Below, in pieces: positions 40,667 through 50,253 of a DNA stretch of 60,475 nt. This stretch comes from Gemmatimonadaceae bacterium (GTDB lineage: Bacteria > Gemmatimonadota > Gemmatimonadetes > Gemmatimonadales > Gemmatimonadaceae), in contig JBBDYC010000001.1 in assembly GCA_040901985.1 (NCBI GenBank), forward strand, positions 1 through 60,475. The letters are read 5' to 3'. The translations under genes were made by a program, and so were the position numbers. Every line of letters starts with the position of its first letter. The stretch's first letter is position 1. Under the pieces are notes generated by a model. It was given only the letters and a program-made list of their open reading frames with translations. It was not told the origin of the DNA and did not search any database.

Positions 40667-42169
40667 ATGTCGCCGCCCCGTGGCCCCGAGATTGTCGAGC
40701 GCGCGCCGCAGCACTCGGCCCGCGAGGCGCTCCGCACGAGTGACGGGAGTTTCACCTACGGCGAGCTGCTCGACGCATCCGGGCGTGTTGCCGCGTCGCT
40801 GTTGGACGGCCGGGCGGATCTCGACGGGGCGCGCATCTGTTTTCGAGTCGCGCCGGGGTTCGCCCACATCGCCGTGCAATGGGGCATCTGGCGCGCCGGC
40901 GGGATTGCGGTGCCGCTGGCGCTGTCGCATCCACCGCCGGAACTCGAGTACGTCGTGCGGGACGCCGCGGCCGGGCTCGTGATCGCCGACGGGGATGGCG
41001 AGGGCACCTGCCGCACGGTCGCTGCTGCCGCTGCTGCGCGGCTGGTTCGCGCCGAGGAACTCCTCGCTGGCGCGCGATCCGCCCCGCTGCCGACGCTCGA
41101 GCCCGGCCGCCCGGCGATGATGGTTTACACCAGCGGCACCACCGGCCGGCCGAAAGGCGTCGTCTCCACGCACGCCAACATCGCCGCGCAGATATCGGCG
41201 CTGGTCGAGGCGTGGGCGTGGACACCGGACGACCGCATCCTCCTCGTCCTCCCCCTCCACCACGTCCACGGCATCATCAACGTTGTCGGCTGCGCGCTCT
41301 GGAGCGGTGCCTGTTGCGAGATCCTCCCCGGGTTCGACGCCGACGCCGCGTGGGAGGCGATTGCCTCGGGACGGCTCACGCTCTTCATGGCGGTGCCGAC
41401 GATCTATCGGCGCCTGATCGCCGCGTATGACACGGCGCCAAGCGCGCGCCAGGCGACACTGCGCGCCGGTTGCGCGAGAATCCGCCTGATGGTCTCCGGT
41501 TCCGCGGCGCTCCCCATCCAGACACTCCAACGCTGGCGCGAGATCACCGGCCACACGCTCCTCGAACGCTACGGAATGACGGAGATGGGAATGGCACTTT
41601 CCAATCCTCTCCACGGCGAGCGACGCCCCGGATCTGTTGGCACGCCGCTCCCGGGCGTCGAGGTGCGGCTCGTCACGGACGCTGGAGCGCCCGTGGATGA
41701 CGGCACACCCGGCGAACTCGAGGTCCGCGGCGCGAACGTCTTTCGCGAGTACTGGCGCCGCCCCGACGAGACCCGCGCCGCCTTTCGCGACGGATGGTTC
41801 CGCACCGGCGATACCGCCGTGTTCGAGCGCGGCTCGTACCGCCTGCTCGGCCGCTCGAGCGTGGATATCCTCAAGACGGGCGGCTACAAGGTCTCGGCGC
41901 TCGAGATCGAGGAGCTGCTGCGCGAGCATCCTGCCATCACGGAGTGCGCGGTGGTCGGCGTCGAAGATCCGGAATGGGGCGACCGCGTCTGTGTCGCGGT
42001 CGAGCTGCGTCCGGGAGCGACACTGGCGCTCGACACGCTGAAGCTCTGGGCGAAGGATCGGCTCGCGCCTTACAAGGTGCCACGGGACCTGCGCACGGTT
42101 GCCGCACTGCCGCGCAATGCGATGGGGAAGGTCGTGAAGCCCGACGTCGCGAAGCTGTTCGGCGCCTAG
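40667..42169 (+). CDS. Acyl-CoA synthetase, malonyl-CoA synthetase (MatB/ACSF3)-like
   Basis: YTSGTTGRPKG, LPLHHVHG, FMAVPTIY, LLERYGMTE, GWFRTGD, LPRNAMGKV. Confidence 0.82.
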   Translation: MSPPRGPEIVERAPQHSAREALRTSDGSFTYGELLDASGRVAASLLDGRADLDGARICFRVAPGFAHIAVQWGIWRAGGIAVPLALSHPPPELEYVVRDAAAGLVIADGDGEGTCRTVAAAAAARLVRAEELLAGARSAPLPTLEPGRPAMMVYTSGTTGRPKGVVSTHANIAAQISALVEAWAWTPDDRILLVLPLHHVHGIINVVGCALWSGACCEILPGFDADAAWEAIASGRLTLFMAVPTIYRRLIAAYDTAPSARQATLRAGCARIRLMVSGSAALPIQTLQRWREITGHTLLERYGMTEMGMALSNPLHGERRPGSVGTPLPGVEVRLVTDAGAPVDDGTPGELEVRGANVFREYWRRPDETRAAFRDGWFRTGDTAVFERGSYRLLGRSSVDILKTGGYKVSALEIEELLREHPAITECAVVGVEDPEWGDRVCVAVELRPGATLALDTLKLWAKDRLAPYKVPRDLRTVAALPRNAMGKVVKPDVAKLFGA

Positions 42170-42196
42170 CGTGTCGCTGCGCCGCCGCCGCGCGCG

Positions 42197-43591
42197 CTAG
42201 AGCTCCGGCAGCCCGAGTGGCTGCATTCCCTGCACGACACCGGCGAGCGCGAGCGCGGCCTCCTCACCGCGCGGACCGCCGACGACCTGCATCCCAACCG
42301 GCATCCCTCCGGCGTCGAGCCCGCAGGGCACGGACACCACGGGCAATCCGGAAAGACTCAGCAGGAAGGTCGGGGCGAGCCAGTCCACATACGTCTTCAT
42401 CGCGCGGCCGGCCACCATCTCGGGGTAGTTCTGCTCCACCGGAAACGGCGACACGCACATCGTCGGCGTCAGCAGATGGTCGTACCGCGCGAAGAAGTCG
42501 CGGAACCTCCTCCACACCTGACCGCGCACGTGATGCGCCGCGCCAAGGTCGCGCGGCGAGCCGGAAAGTCCCGCGTTCGTGTTGTTGCGCACATTCACGC
42601 CGAAGCCGTCGAGCTGCCCGAGCTTGTCGTACATCCAGGCGACGAACCACTCGCCGCGGAGCGCGAGAAAGGCGTCGCGGGCAAAGCTGAGGTCGAACGG
42701 CACTTCCTCCACCGTCGCGCCGGCGTCGGTGAGGGCCAGCGCGGCACGTCGGCACGCCGCCTCGACACTCGGCTCGATGCCGATCCCGGCAATGTCAGGA
42801 CAGTAGGCGATCCGCACGCCGCGCTTCACGCCGGCGCGCACCGCACCGACGAAGTCGCGATCGGCAGCCGGTTGCGCCAGCGGCGCGCGCGGACTCGGCC
42901 CCGCGACCGCCTGCAGCATCAGCGCGACGTCCTCGGCGGTGCGCGCCATCGGTCCGGAGACCTGCAGTGTGTCCCACACCCAATCGGCAGGGTCGGTCGG
43001 TACGAGTCCCGGAGAGGGTCGAATCCCCACCACGCCGCAGAAGCTGGCCGGGATGCGCAACGACCCACCGAGATCGGTGCCCTCGGCCAGCGCGATCATG
43101 CCCGTGGCGAGTCCCACGGCGCCGCCGCCGGTGGAGCCGCCGCAACTCTTCGACGGATCCCACGGATTGCGCGTGCGGCCGAACACATCGTTCCACGTGT
43201 TCCCGCCGGCGGCGAACTCGGGCGTATTCGTCTTGCCGAGGATGACCGCTCCGGCCTCCCGCAGACGCGCGACAATGAGGGCATCCTCCGTCGGCACGTG
43301 ATCCTTGAAGAGCGGCGACCCGAAGGTCGTGCGCAGGCCGGCCACCTGCGTGACGTCCTTGATGCCCACTGGCAACCCCGCGAGCGGGCCAACATCCTCG
43401 CCGCGCGCAATTCGTTTCTCCAACTCCTTGGCATCGTCGAGTGCGCGCGGGTTCAGCGTCACGATTGCGTTGAGGGTGCCGTTCAGCTTCCCGACGCGCG
43501 TGAGCGCCTCCTCGACCACCGCCACCGGCGACATCGCGCGCGCGCGAACCCGCGCGGCAATCTCGCTGGCCGTCGCGATTCCGGGGGTCAC
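42197..43591 (-). CDS. Amidase-signature family amidase
   Basis: PVGIKD (Lys), GKTNTPEF, GGSTGG, GTDLGGSLRIPA (Ser). Confidence 0.92.
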   Translation of the reverse strand: MTPGIATASEIAARVRARAMSPVAVVEEALTRVGKLNGTLNAIVTLNPRALDDAKELEKRIARGEDVGPLAGLPVGIKDVTQVAGLRTTFGSPLFKDHVPTEDALIVARLREAGAVILGKTNTPEFAAGGNTWNDVFGRTRNPWDPSKSCGGSTGGGAVGLATGMIALAEGTDLGGSLRIPASFCGVVGIRPSPGLVPTDPADWVWDTLQVSGPMARTAEDVALMLQAVAGPSPRAPLAQPAADRDFVGAVRAGVKRGVRIAYCPDIAGIGIEPSVEAACRRAALALTDAGATVEEVPFDLSFARDAFLALRGEWFVAWMYDKLGQLDGFGVNVRNNTNAGLSGSPRDLGAAHHVRGQVWRRFRDFFARYDHLLTPTMCVSPFPVEQNYPEMVAGRAMKTYVDWLAPTFLLSLSGLPVVSVPCGLDAGGMPVGMQVVGGPRGEEAALALAGVVQGMQPLGLPEL

Positions 43592-43619
43592 GCTTGGGCG
43601 CTCCTCACTGTCATTGCAC

Positions 43620-44423
43620 TCAGACCTTCGCCGGCCACGCGCCCTGGAACGCGACCGCGCGACAGAACGCCGCCTCGCCGCCGCGGAACTTCCACGGGAA
43701 GACACCGAGGATCAAGCGCTTGTTCTGCAGTTCCGGCGCCTCGATGTCGCCGCCGAGGTTCTCGACGTGCATGCAGTCGTGCGGGAAGAGGGCGTTGTGC
43801 GTGAGCTGGTACGCCGAGTCGGGAAACATCTTCGCCACGCCCTTGGGGCCGCCAAAGAGCTCCTCGGCGCGCTTCCGCACCTTGTCGCAGTGGCCGTGCA
43901 TTCCCTTGCCGAGGAAACGGCCGATCGGAAGGTTCATTGGGTGGTCGGTCGAGATGCAGTCCATCCCCCAGATCTTGATTTTCTTCTTGAGGAGCCAGGG
44001 CACGAGGTCGGAATGCGCGCCCGGGTGCATATGGATGTATTTCTCCTCGTCGGGTTCCTCGCCGAACTGCGAGTGGCGCCCCCAGCCAGTGTTGAGGAAG
44101 AGGATGTCGCCCTTCTTCACCTCGACCCGCTTCTCGATCATCTTCGGCGTGTAGACGGCGAGCTCGTGCATCTCGTCGCGCAGGTCCACGATCACGCCGG
44201 GGCCGCAGAGCCACTCGACGGGGATCTCATCGATCGTGCGGCCGGCGGTCACGAAGTGCCGCGGCGCATCAAGGTGCGTTCCCATATGGTTCGACGTCTG
44301 GATGTACTGCGCGTTCACCCCGTGCTCCGCCTTCCGCTTGATGTACTTCACCTCGAACGGCGGATAATACGGCCAGAAGGAGCATTCCTGGTTGAGCGGC
44401 TGGGAGAGGTCGTAGATCTTCAT
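43620..44423 (-). CDS. Cyclase-family metal-dependent amidohydrolase (kynurenine formamidase/isatin hydrolase fold)
   Basis: HMGTHLDAP.HF motif, GDILFLNTGW, VENL; true start ATG at 44423. Confidence 0.88.
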   Translation of the reverse strand: MKIYDLSQPLNQECSFWPYYPPFEVKYIKRKAEHGVNAQYIQTSNHMGTHLDAPRHFVTAGRTIDEIPVEWLCGPGVIVDLRDEMHELAVYTPKMIEKRVEVKKGDILFLNTGWGRHSQFGEEPDEEKYIHMHPGAHSDLVPWLLKKKIKIWGMDCISTDHPMNLPIGRFLGKGMHGHCDKVRKRAEELFGGPKGVAKMFPDSAYQLTHNALFPHDCMHVENLGGDIEAPELQNKRLILGVFPWKFRGGEAAFCRAVAFQGAWPAKV

Positions 44424-45910
44424 CGGAGTGCCTCGCGTGGGCGGGTGTGGGAGCGAAAGGTCAGGTGCGCGCGGCGCGCAAGCCACCAGTGGACAACGAA
44501 CGACACGATCGCGGCGGAGAACCAAGCGCCGCTGAACAGGAAGTGCAGTGCGGGGACCACGGCGCCCAGGAGTGCCACGGCGACGCCGGCCCCGAGTGCC
44601 GTCATCGCGCCGAGGTTCACGCCGCGGTGGTACCAGTACGGGCCGCCTTCGGTGAACAACCCAGCCACGTCGAGCACGCCGCGGCGCACGACGAGGTAAT
44701 CGCAGACGATCACGCCGCCCACCGCTCCGAGGAGCCCGGAATAGCTGAGGAGCCAAGTCTGGTAGGCGTCGAGGAGGCGCCAGGGGAAGAGCGCGATCCC
44801 GACCGTCGCCGCGACGATCCCGCCGAGTCGCTGGGAGATCCGGCTGGGGCGCAGGTTCGCGATCGCGGCCGCCGGCGCCACGACGTTCGCCGCGATGTTC
44901 GTCGTCAGTGTCGCGATGAGGAGCACGAGCAGCGCGATCAACGCCACCGCAGTGCTCCCGCTCTCTGCGGCGATCCGCGCGATGAGCGTGACCGGATTCC
45001 AGATCGCCTCGCCGTAGATCTGCACCGTCGCACTGGTGACCGCGACGCCGATGAACGCGAAGAGGGGCATCGTGGTGAGCAGCCCGATCGTCTGGCCGAG
45101 CGCCTGGTCGCGCTGGCTCCTCGCGTAGCGCGTGAAGTCGGGAATGCTGAGCGCGAGCGTGGCCCAGAATCCGACCATCGCCGTCACCCACGGAATGAAG
45201 AGCGCCGCGGAGAATCGCCCTGGCGCGTCGCCGAGGGAGGTGGCGCCGCCGAGCAGCGTGCCGAACCCGCCGACTCTCGCCTGGGCCCACCAGAGCAGGG
45301 CGAGGCCGGCAACGATGAGCAGGGGCGCCGCGGCGGTCTCCAGCCACTTGATGGATTCGGTGCCCGCCCAGACGAAATAGATGTTGATCGTCCAGAAGAG
45401 CAGGAAGGCGAGAAAGTGGGGGAGTCCGTAGCCCATCCAGAGCGCGCCGCCGCCGACTGACGCCCACGCGGGCCAGAGGAGCGAGATCATCTCGTGGATT
45501 GCCAGCCCACCGACCCAGGTCTGGATCCCGAACCACCCGCAGGCGACGATGGCGCGCAGCAGCGACGGCACGTGCGCGCCGCGGAGGCCGAACGCCGCGC
45601 GCACGTAGACGGGGAAGGGAATCCCGTAGCGCGTCCCGGCGTGCCCGTTGACCAGGAGCGGCACGAGGACGATCGCGTTGCCAAGGAGGATGGCGGCGAG
45701 CGCCCACTGCCAGGTGAGTCCGGCCTGGATGAGCGCGGCGGCAAGCATATACGTCGGGATGCAGACGCTCATCGCGACCCAGAGCGCCGCATAGTGCCAG
45801 AGTCCCCAGCTCCGCTCGGCGGCACTCACCGGCGCGAGGTCGGCGCCGAAGTAGCGCGACGCGCTCGGCGCGCCGAGGTCCGGGGCGATGCCCGGCGGGA
45901 GCCAGCTCAC
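44420..45910 (-). CDS. NCS1 nucleobase:cation symporter
   Basis: LWVAMSVCIPTY, YGIPFPV..RA.FG..GA, ACGWFGIQTW, FWATL.L.IPDFTRY. Confidence 0.93.
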   Translation of the reverse strand: MSWLPPGIAPDLGAPSASRYFGADLAPVSAAERSWGLWHYAALWVAMSVCIPTYMLAAALIQAGLTWQWALAAILLGNAIVLVPLLVNGHAGTRYGIPFPVYVRAAFGLRGAHVPSLLRAIVACGWFGIQTWVGGLAIHEMISLLWPAWASVGGGALWMGYGLPHFLAFLLFWTINIYFVWAGTESIKWLETAAAPLLIVAGLALLWWAQARVGGFGTLLGGATSLGDAPGRFSAALFIPWVTAMVGFWATLALSIPDFTRYARSQRDQALGQTIGLLTTMPLFAFIGVAVTSATVQIYGEAIWNPVTLIARIAAESGSTAVALIALLVLLIATLTTNIAANVVAPAAAIANLRPSRISQRLGGIVAATVGIALFPWRLLDAYQTWLLSYSGLLGAVGGVIVCDYLVVRRGVLDVAGLFTEGGPYWYHRGVNLGAMTALGAGVAVALLGAVVPALHFLFSGAWFSAAIVSFVVHWWLARRAHLTFRSHTRPREALR

Positions 45911-46776
45911 GCGGTCCGCGCCCGCTCGGCGGCGATCGTCAGCGCGCGCCGCGTCAGCACGGCCGCGAGCTGCCGACGGTACGCCGCGTCGGCGTGAATG
46001 TCACTCGGCGGGTCCACCTCGGCGCGCACGAGCTCGGCCGTCGCGAGGATGTTCGCCGCCGAAGCGTCCTGGCCGACCAGCGACCCGCTCGCGGCGGTGA
46101 GCACCGGGCCGTCGCCGACGCTGAGGAGCGCGATCCACGCGCGGCTAATCCGTCCCGCGGCATCGAGCGAGAGCTCGACCGCGACGCCGGCGAGCGCGTA
46201 GTCGCCGTGGCGGCGCGCGACCTCAAGAAAGGCGCTTCCTGCGCGCGCCGCTCGCGACGGGATCTCGATGGCCGTCAGCAGCTCGCCGGGCGCGAGCGCG
46301 GTGGCGAAGAGGCCGGTGAAGAAGTCGGTGGCGCGGACCCAACGGTCGGCACCGCGTGCGCGGAGCTGGAACCGCGCGTCCAGCGCGATCATCACCGCCG
46401 GCAGCTCGGCGCTGGGGTCGGCGTGGGCGAGACTTCCACCGATCGTGCCGCGGCTCCGGATCTGCGGATGCGCCACGTGCGGCATCGTCTCGGCGAGGAG
46501 GGGAGAGCGCTGCCGCACGAGATCGCTACGCTCGACGGCAAGATGACGGGTCATCGCGCCGATCCGCAGTCCGCCATCGGCCGTGGCGGCGATGCCTGCC
46601 AGTTCGCGCACGCCGTTGAGGTCCACCAGCGCCGCGGGGTGGGCGAGGCGAAAGTTCATCGCCGGAATCAGGCTCTGCCCGCCGGCGAGCGGCTTGGCCT
46701 CGGGGTGGTCGGCGAGGAGCGCGAGCGCGTCGTCGAGCGTCGCCGCGCGATGGAAGATGAACGCGGCGGGTTTCAC
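45907..46776 (-). CDS. Molybdenum hydroxylase FAD subunit (CoxM-like)
   Basis: LAGGQSLIP, QIRSRGTIGGSLAHADPSAE, RRHGDYA. Confidence 0.92.
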   Translation of the reverse strand: MKPAAFIFHRAATLDDALALLADHPEAKPLAGGQSLIPAMNFRLAHPAALVDLNGVRELAGIAATADGGLRIGAMTRHLAVERSDLVRQRSPLLAETMPHVAHPQIRSRGTIGGSLAHADPSAELPAVMIALDARFQLRARGADRWVRATDFFTGLFATALAPGELLTAIEIPSRAARAGSAFLEVARRHGDYALAGVAVELSLDAAGRISRAWIALLSVGDGPVLTAASGSLVGQDASAANILATAELVRAEVDPPSDIHADAAYRRQLAAVLTRRALTIAAERARTA

Positions 46777-49640
46777 GCGGCCCCGCCGCGGCGCGCCCGC
46801 AGCGCCTTGTCGAGCGCCTTGTCCAGCGCCTTGTCGAGCGCCTTCAGCCCCTGCGCGCTCATCACCTTGCTCATCGAGTCGAGCATCCGTTGGCCGACCG
46901 CCGCGATTGTCCCGCCGAGTTGGAGCTCGGCGCGGTAGGTCATCGCGGTGCCGATGCCACCCGCACCCGGCGCGAGCGCGACCTTCGCCGATCCGGCGAC
47001 GAAACCGAGCCTGCCGCGCGCATTCACCCGCATCGCGTAGCGCTCGCCGACGACCTGATCCGTGAGGTCCACCTCGAGGGTGAACGTCGCCGCCGAGATG
47101 GGCCCGACGCCGACCTTGAGCTCCCCGACGTACCGATCGCCGAAGCGCTCCAGCCGCTGGGCGCCCGGCATCACGCTCGCGAGGACCGCCGGGTCGAGGA
47201 GCAGCGAGTACACCTCGCGTGGGGGACCGGCGAAGTCGTAGCGGCCATCAATGATGAGTGCGCGACCACCGGCCGCTGGCGCGGCGGCCTGTGCGCCTGC
47301 GCCGCCCTGCTTGGCCTCGGCCATCAGCGTGAAGAGGCGCCCCGGCGAGAGCGGGATCTCGGTGATCTCGACGCCACTGCCGGCGAGCGCGTCCTCGACC
47401 GCCTGGGCGAACGCCGCACCGGTCGGGATCGCGCCGGCCTCGCCCACGCCCTTGGCGCCGAGCGGATTCAACGGGGAGGGCGTCTCGACGTGCGCCATCT
47501 CGACCGTCGGCACGTCCAGCGCGGTCGGCATCAGATAGTCCATCAACGAGGCGTTGAGCAACTGGCCGCCGTCGTCGAACACCAGCTGTTCGTAGAACGC
47601 ATTGCCGATCCCCGCCGCCACACCGCCCTGGATCTGGCCTTCGACGATCATGGGGTTGAGCTGGACGCCGCAGTCGTGCACGACGACATAGCGCTGGATG
47701 GTGACTTGGGCGGTCTCGGTCTCCACCTCGACGATCATTGCGTGGACGCCGCTGGCGGTGCTGCCGCGCGCGGGGCCGAAGTACTTCGTTGCCTCAAGGC
47801 CGGGCTCGCTGCCGGGCACCACTGCGCCGCGCAGCGGGTTCGACCGCTGCGCGAGCTCGCCGAGGGTGAGTCCCCGTTGCGGGTCGTCACGGACGAAGAT
47901 GCGGCCGCCGCCGACCGCCAGCCTGGCCTCCTTCACGCCGAGAAGCTTCGCCGCCAAGGTGAGCGCCTTTTGCCGGACCGCCACCGCCGCCTCGTGGCAG
48001 GCGCTCCCTGCCACGACCGCGCCCCGGCTCGCGAACGTGCCGGTCCCCCAGCCGAACGCCTGCGTGTCGCCCGTGACGACGCTGACGTCGCTCGTCTCGA
48101 CGCCGAGTTGGTCGGCGACGACCTGCGCGAATGAAGTGAAGTGTCCCTGACCCTGCGTGCCGACGCCGGTGGCGAGCCGGACGTGCCCGCTCGGCTCGAC
48201 GGTGACGCGCGCGCCCTCGTACGGGCCGATTCCCGTCCCTTCTATATATGAGACGATCCCGAGCCCGACGTGCCTTCCGGCGGCGCGCAGTCGCGGCTGC
48301 TCCTCGCGCACGAACCGGTCGTAGCCGATCATCTCGACCGCCCTGGCCATTGCCGGTTCGTAGTCGCCGCTGTCGTAGACGAGCGGCTGAAAATCCTGGA
48401 AGATGATCTTGTGGTCGTGCGGGAAGTCGCGCGGCCTGAGGAAGTTGCGGCGGCGGATTTCCACGCGGTCCATCCCCAGTTCCCGCGCCGCGATGTCGAG
48501 CAGGCGTTCCATCACGAAGACGCCGTGCTGCCGGCCGGCGCCGCGCACCGGGGTGACGATCGGCTTGGTGGTAAAGACCGCCCGGAACTCACTCGAGTAG
48601 TTGGGCACCGCGTACGGACCGAGCAGGGTGCACTGGCTGTTGATCGGCACCGTCAGGCCATACGGGTCGTAGGCGCCGGTGTCGTGCAGGAAGACGTCCC
48701 TGACGCCGAGAATGCGGCCGTCCTTGGCGAGTGCGATCTCGCTGTCGTGGATCTGGCCGCGCTCCTGCGTGGTGGCGGCGAAGTTCTCGCGGCGGTCCTC
48801 GACCCATTTCACCGGGCGGCCGACGGTCCGCGCGACCCACGGGATCACGACCTCTTCCGGATAGAACATCATGATCTTCGGGCCAAACCCACCGCCGACA
48901 AACGGCGCGATGACACGGACCTGCGATTCGCTCAGGCCGAGCATCCGCGCGAGGCCGTTCCGGATCGGGATCGGCGCCTGCGTCGTGTCCCAGATCGTCA
49001 TTTCCCCGGCGATCTGATCCCAGGACGCGACGACCGCGCGATTCTCGATCGCGCCGGCGATGCCGCGGTCGTAATGGAAACGGCGGGCGATGACGCGGTG
49101 GGCCTTGGCACGCGCCTTGGCGTAGTCGCCCTTGGCCTGGACCACGTGGGCGGCGAGGTTCGAGTCCAACTGGTCGTGGATCCGTGGGGCGCCCGGCGCG
49201 AGCGCGGCCTCGAGGTCCACCACCGCCGGGAGGGGCTCGAGGTCCACCACGATGTCCGCCAGCGCATCCTCGGCGATGTAGCGGCTCTCGGCGATGACCA
49301 CCGCGATCGGTTCGCCGACGTAACGCACCTTCTCCCGCGCGAGCGGCACCTGCGTGGCGGCGTGGAAGACAAGTCCGGCAATCGGCGGGGGCGGCACGAG
49401 GAGCGGCCCCGGCTGCCAGTAGTCGCCGAGGTCGGGCGCCGCGAAGGCGGCGATGACGCCCGGACGCTGACGCGCCCGTGCGAGGTCCACGCCCCGGAGG
49501 CGCGCGTGCGCGTGCTCGCTCCGCAGGAACGCGGCGTGCGCCATCATCGGCAATCGCACGTCGTCCACGAACTGCGCGCGGCCGGTGAGGAGGCGCGCAT
49601 CCTCGGTGCGGCGGATGGACTGCCCGACCAGGCGCCGCAC
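46773..49640 (-). CDS. Molybdenum hydroxylase large subunit (CoxL-like) fused to C-terminal CoxG/SRPBCC domain
   Basis: R.ED.RLLTG, VGGGFGPK, PVRGAGR loop, GQGH.T, GQIQGG, KGVGEAG; C-terminal LLDP.VLA..MPG and GGTIAAVGQRM. Confidence 0.9.
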   Translation of the reverse strand: MRRLVGQSIRRTEDARLLTGRAQFVDDVRLPMMAHAAFLRSEHAHARLRGVDLARARQRPGVIAAFAAPDLGDYWQPGPLLVPPPPIAGLVFHAATQVPLAREKVRYVGEPIAVVIAESRYIAEDALADIVVDLEPLPAVVDLEAALAPGAPRIHDQLDSNLAAHVVQAKGDYAKARAKAHRVIARRFHYDRGIAGAIENRAVVASWDQIAGEMTIWDTTQAPIPIRNGLARMLGLSESQVRVIAPFVGGGFGPKIMMFYPEEVVIPWVARTVGRPVKWVEDRRENFAATTQERGQIHDSEIALAKDGRILGVRDVFLHDTGAYDPYGLTVPINSQCTLLGPYAVPNYSSEFRAVFTTKPIVTPVRGAGRQHGVFVMERLLDIAARELGMDRVEIRRRNFLRPRDFPHDHKIIFQDFQPLVYDSGDYEPAMARAVEMIGYDRFVREEQPRLRAAGRHVGLGIVSYIEGTGIGPYEGARVTVEPSGHVRLATGVGTQGQGHFTSFAQVVADQLGVETSDVSVVTGDTQAFGWGTGTFASRGAVVAGSACHEAAVAVRQKALTLAAKLLGVKEARLAVGGGRIFVRDDPQRGLTLGELAQRSNPLRGAVVPGSEPGLEATKYFGPARGSTASGVHAMIVEVETETAQVTIQRYVVVHDCGVQLNPMIVEGQIQGGVAAGIGNAFYEQLVFDDGGQLLNASLMDYLMPTALDVPTVEMAHVETPSPLNPLGAKGVGEAGAIPTGAAFAQAVEDALAGSGVEITEIPLSPGRLFTLMAEAKQGGAGAQAAAPAAGGRALIIDGRYDFAGPPREVYSLLLDPAVLASVMPGAQRLERFGDRYVGELKVGVGPISAATFTLEVDLTDQVVGERYAMRVNARGRLGFVAGSAKVALAPGAGGIGTAMTYRAELQLGGTIAAVGQRMLDSMSKVMSAQGLKALDKALDKALDKALRARRGGAA

Positions 49641-49643
49641 CGG

Positions 49644-50138
49644 TCAGGGCCTCGCCGCGGTGTCGCTCGGCACGCCCGCGCCGCGCGCGACGGCGAGCTT
49701 CACCGCCTCGACGATGTTGGCGTAGCCGGTGCAGCGGCAGAGATTCCCTGAGAGCGCCTCGCGGATCTCCTCGTCGCTCGGCGCGGGGTGATCGCGCAGG
49801 AACGGGATGAGGGTCATCAGGATGCCCGGCGTGCAGAATCCGCACTGGAGTCCGTGCGCCTCCCGGAACGCCTCCTGGAGCGGGTGCAGCGCCACTTCGG
49901 TGCCGAGGTGTTCGACCGTCTCCACGCGCGCGCCATCGGCCTGGACGGCGAACATCAGGCAGGCGCGCACGGCCTCGCCGTCCACGAGGACGGTGCAGGC
50001 GCCGCAGACGCCGTGCTCGCAGCCGACGTGGGTGCCGGTCAGGCCGAGGTCGTGGCGGAGGAAGTCGCTGAGAAGGAGGCGCGCCTCGACCGTGCGCTCG
50101 ACGCGCTGGCCATTGAGGGTGAAGGCGACCGGGTGCAC
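49644..50138 (-). CDS. Molybdenum hydroxylase 2Fe-2S subunit (CoxS-like)
   Basis: GCEHGVCGACT, QCGFCTPG, NLCRCTGY. Confidence 0.95.
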   Translation of the reverse strand: MHPVAFTLNGQRVERTVEARLLLSDFLRHDLGLTGTHVGCEHGVCGACTVLVDGEAVRACLMFAVQADGARVETVEHLGTEVALHPLQEAFREAHGLQCGFCTPGILMTLIPFLRDHPAPSDEEIREALSGNLCRCTGYANIVEAVKLAVARGAGVPSDTAARP

Positions 50139-50199
50139 CCGCAGATTCTACGCCAAGCGGTGGGGGAGGGGGAGAGGGCCGGGTCGGCGGGGGCCTGTG

Positions 50200-50224
50200 A
50201 CTTTGTAGAACAAAGTACTTGACA
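50200..50224 (+). promoter_or_regulatory. Palindromic operator next to a -35 box
   Basis: ACTTTGT-AGA-ACAAAGT (50200-50216), then TTGACA (50219-50224). Confidence 0.65.
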
Positions 50225-50253
50225 AGCGCCAACTCCCTCCCCACTTTCCGCGT

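Noticed and set aside
43620..45707. Apparent long N-terminal extensions or fusions in the ORF track (43620-45707, 19307-22855, 10042-12174, 36588-39779)
   Set aside because: Extensions overlap neighbouring genes or IS ends; internal starts match family N-termini.
45907..50138. Aerobic CO dehydrogenase (form I)
   Set aside because: Lacks the AYRCSFR loop and coxDEF; the context points to N-heterocycle catabolism.
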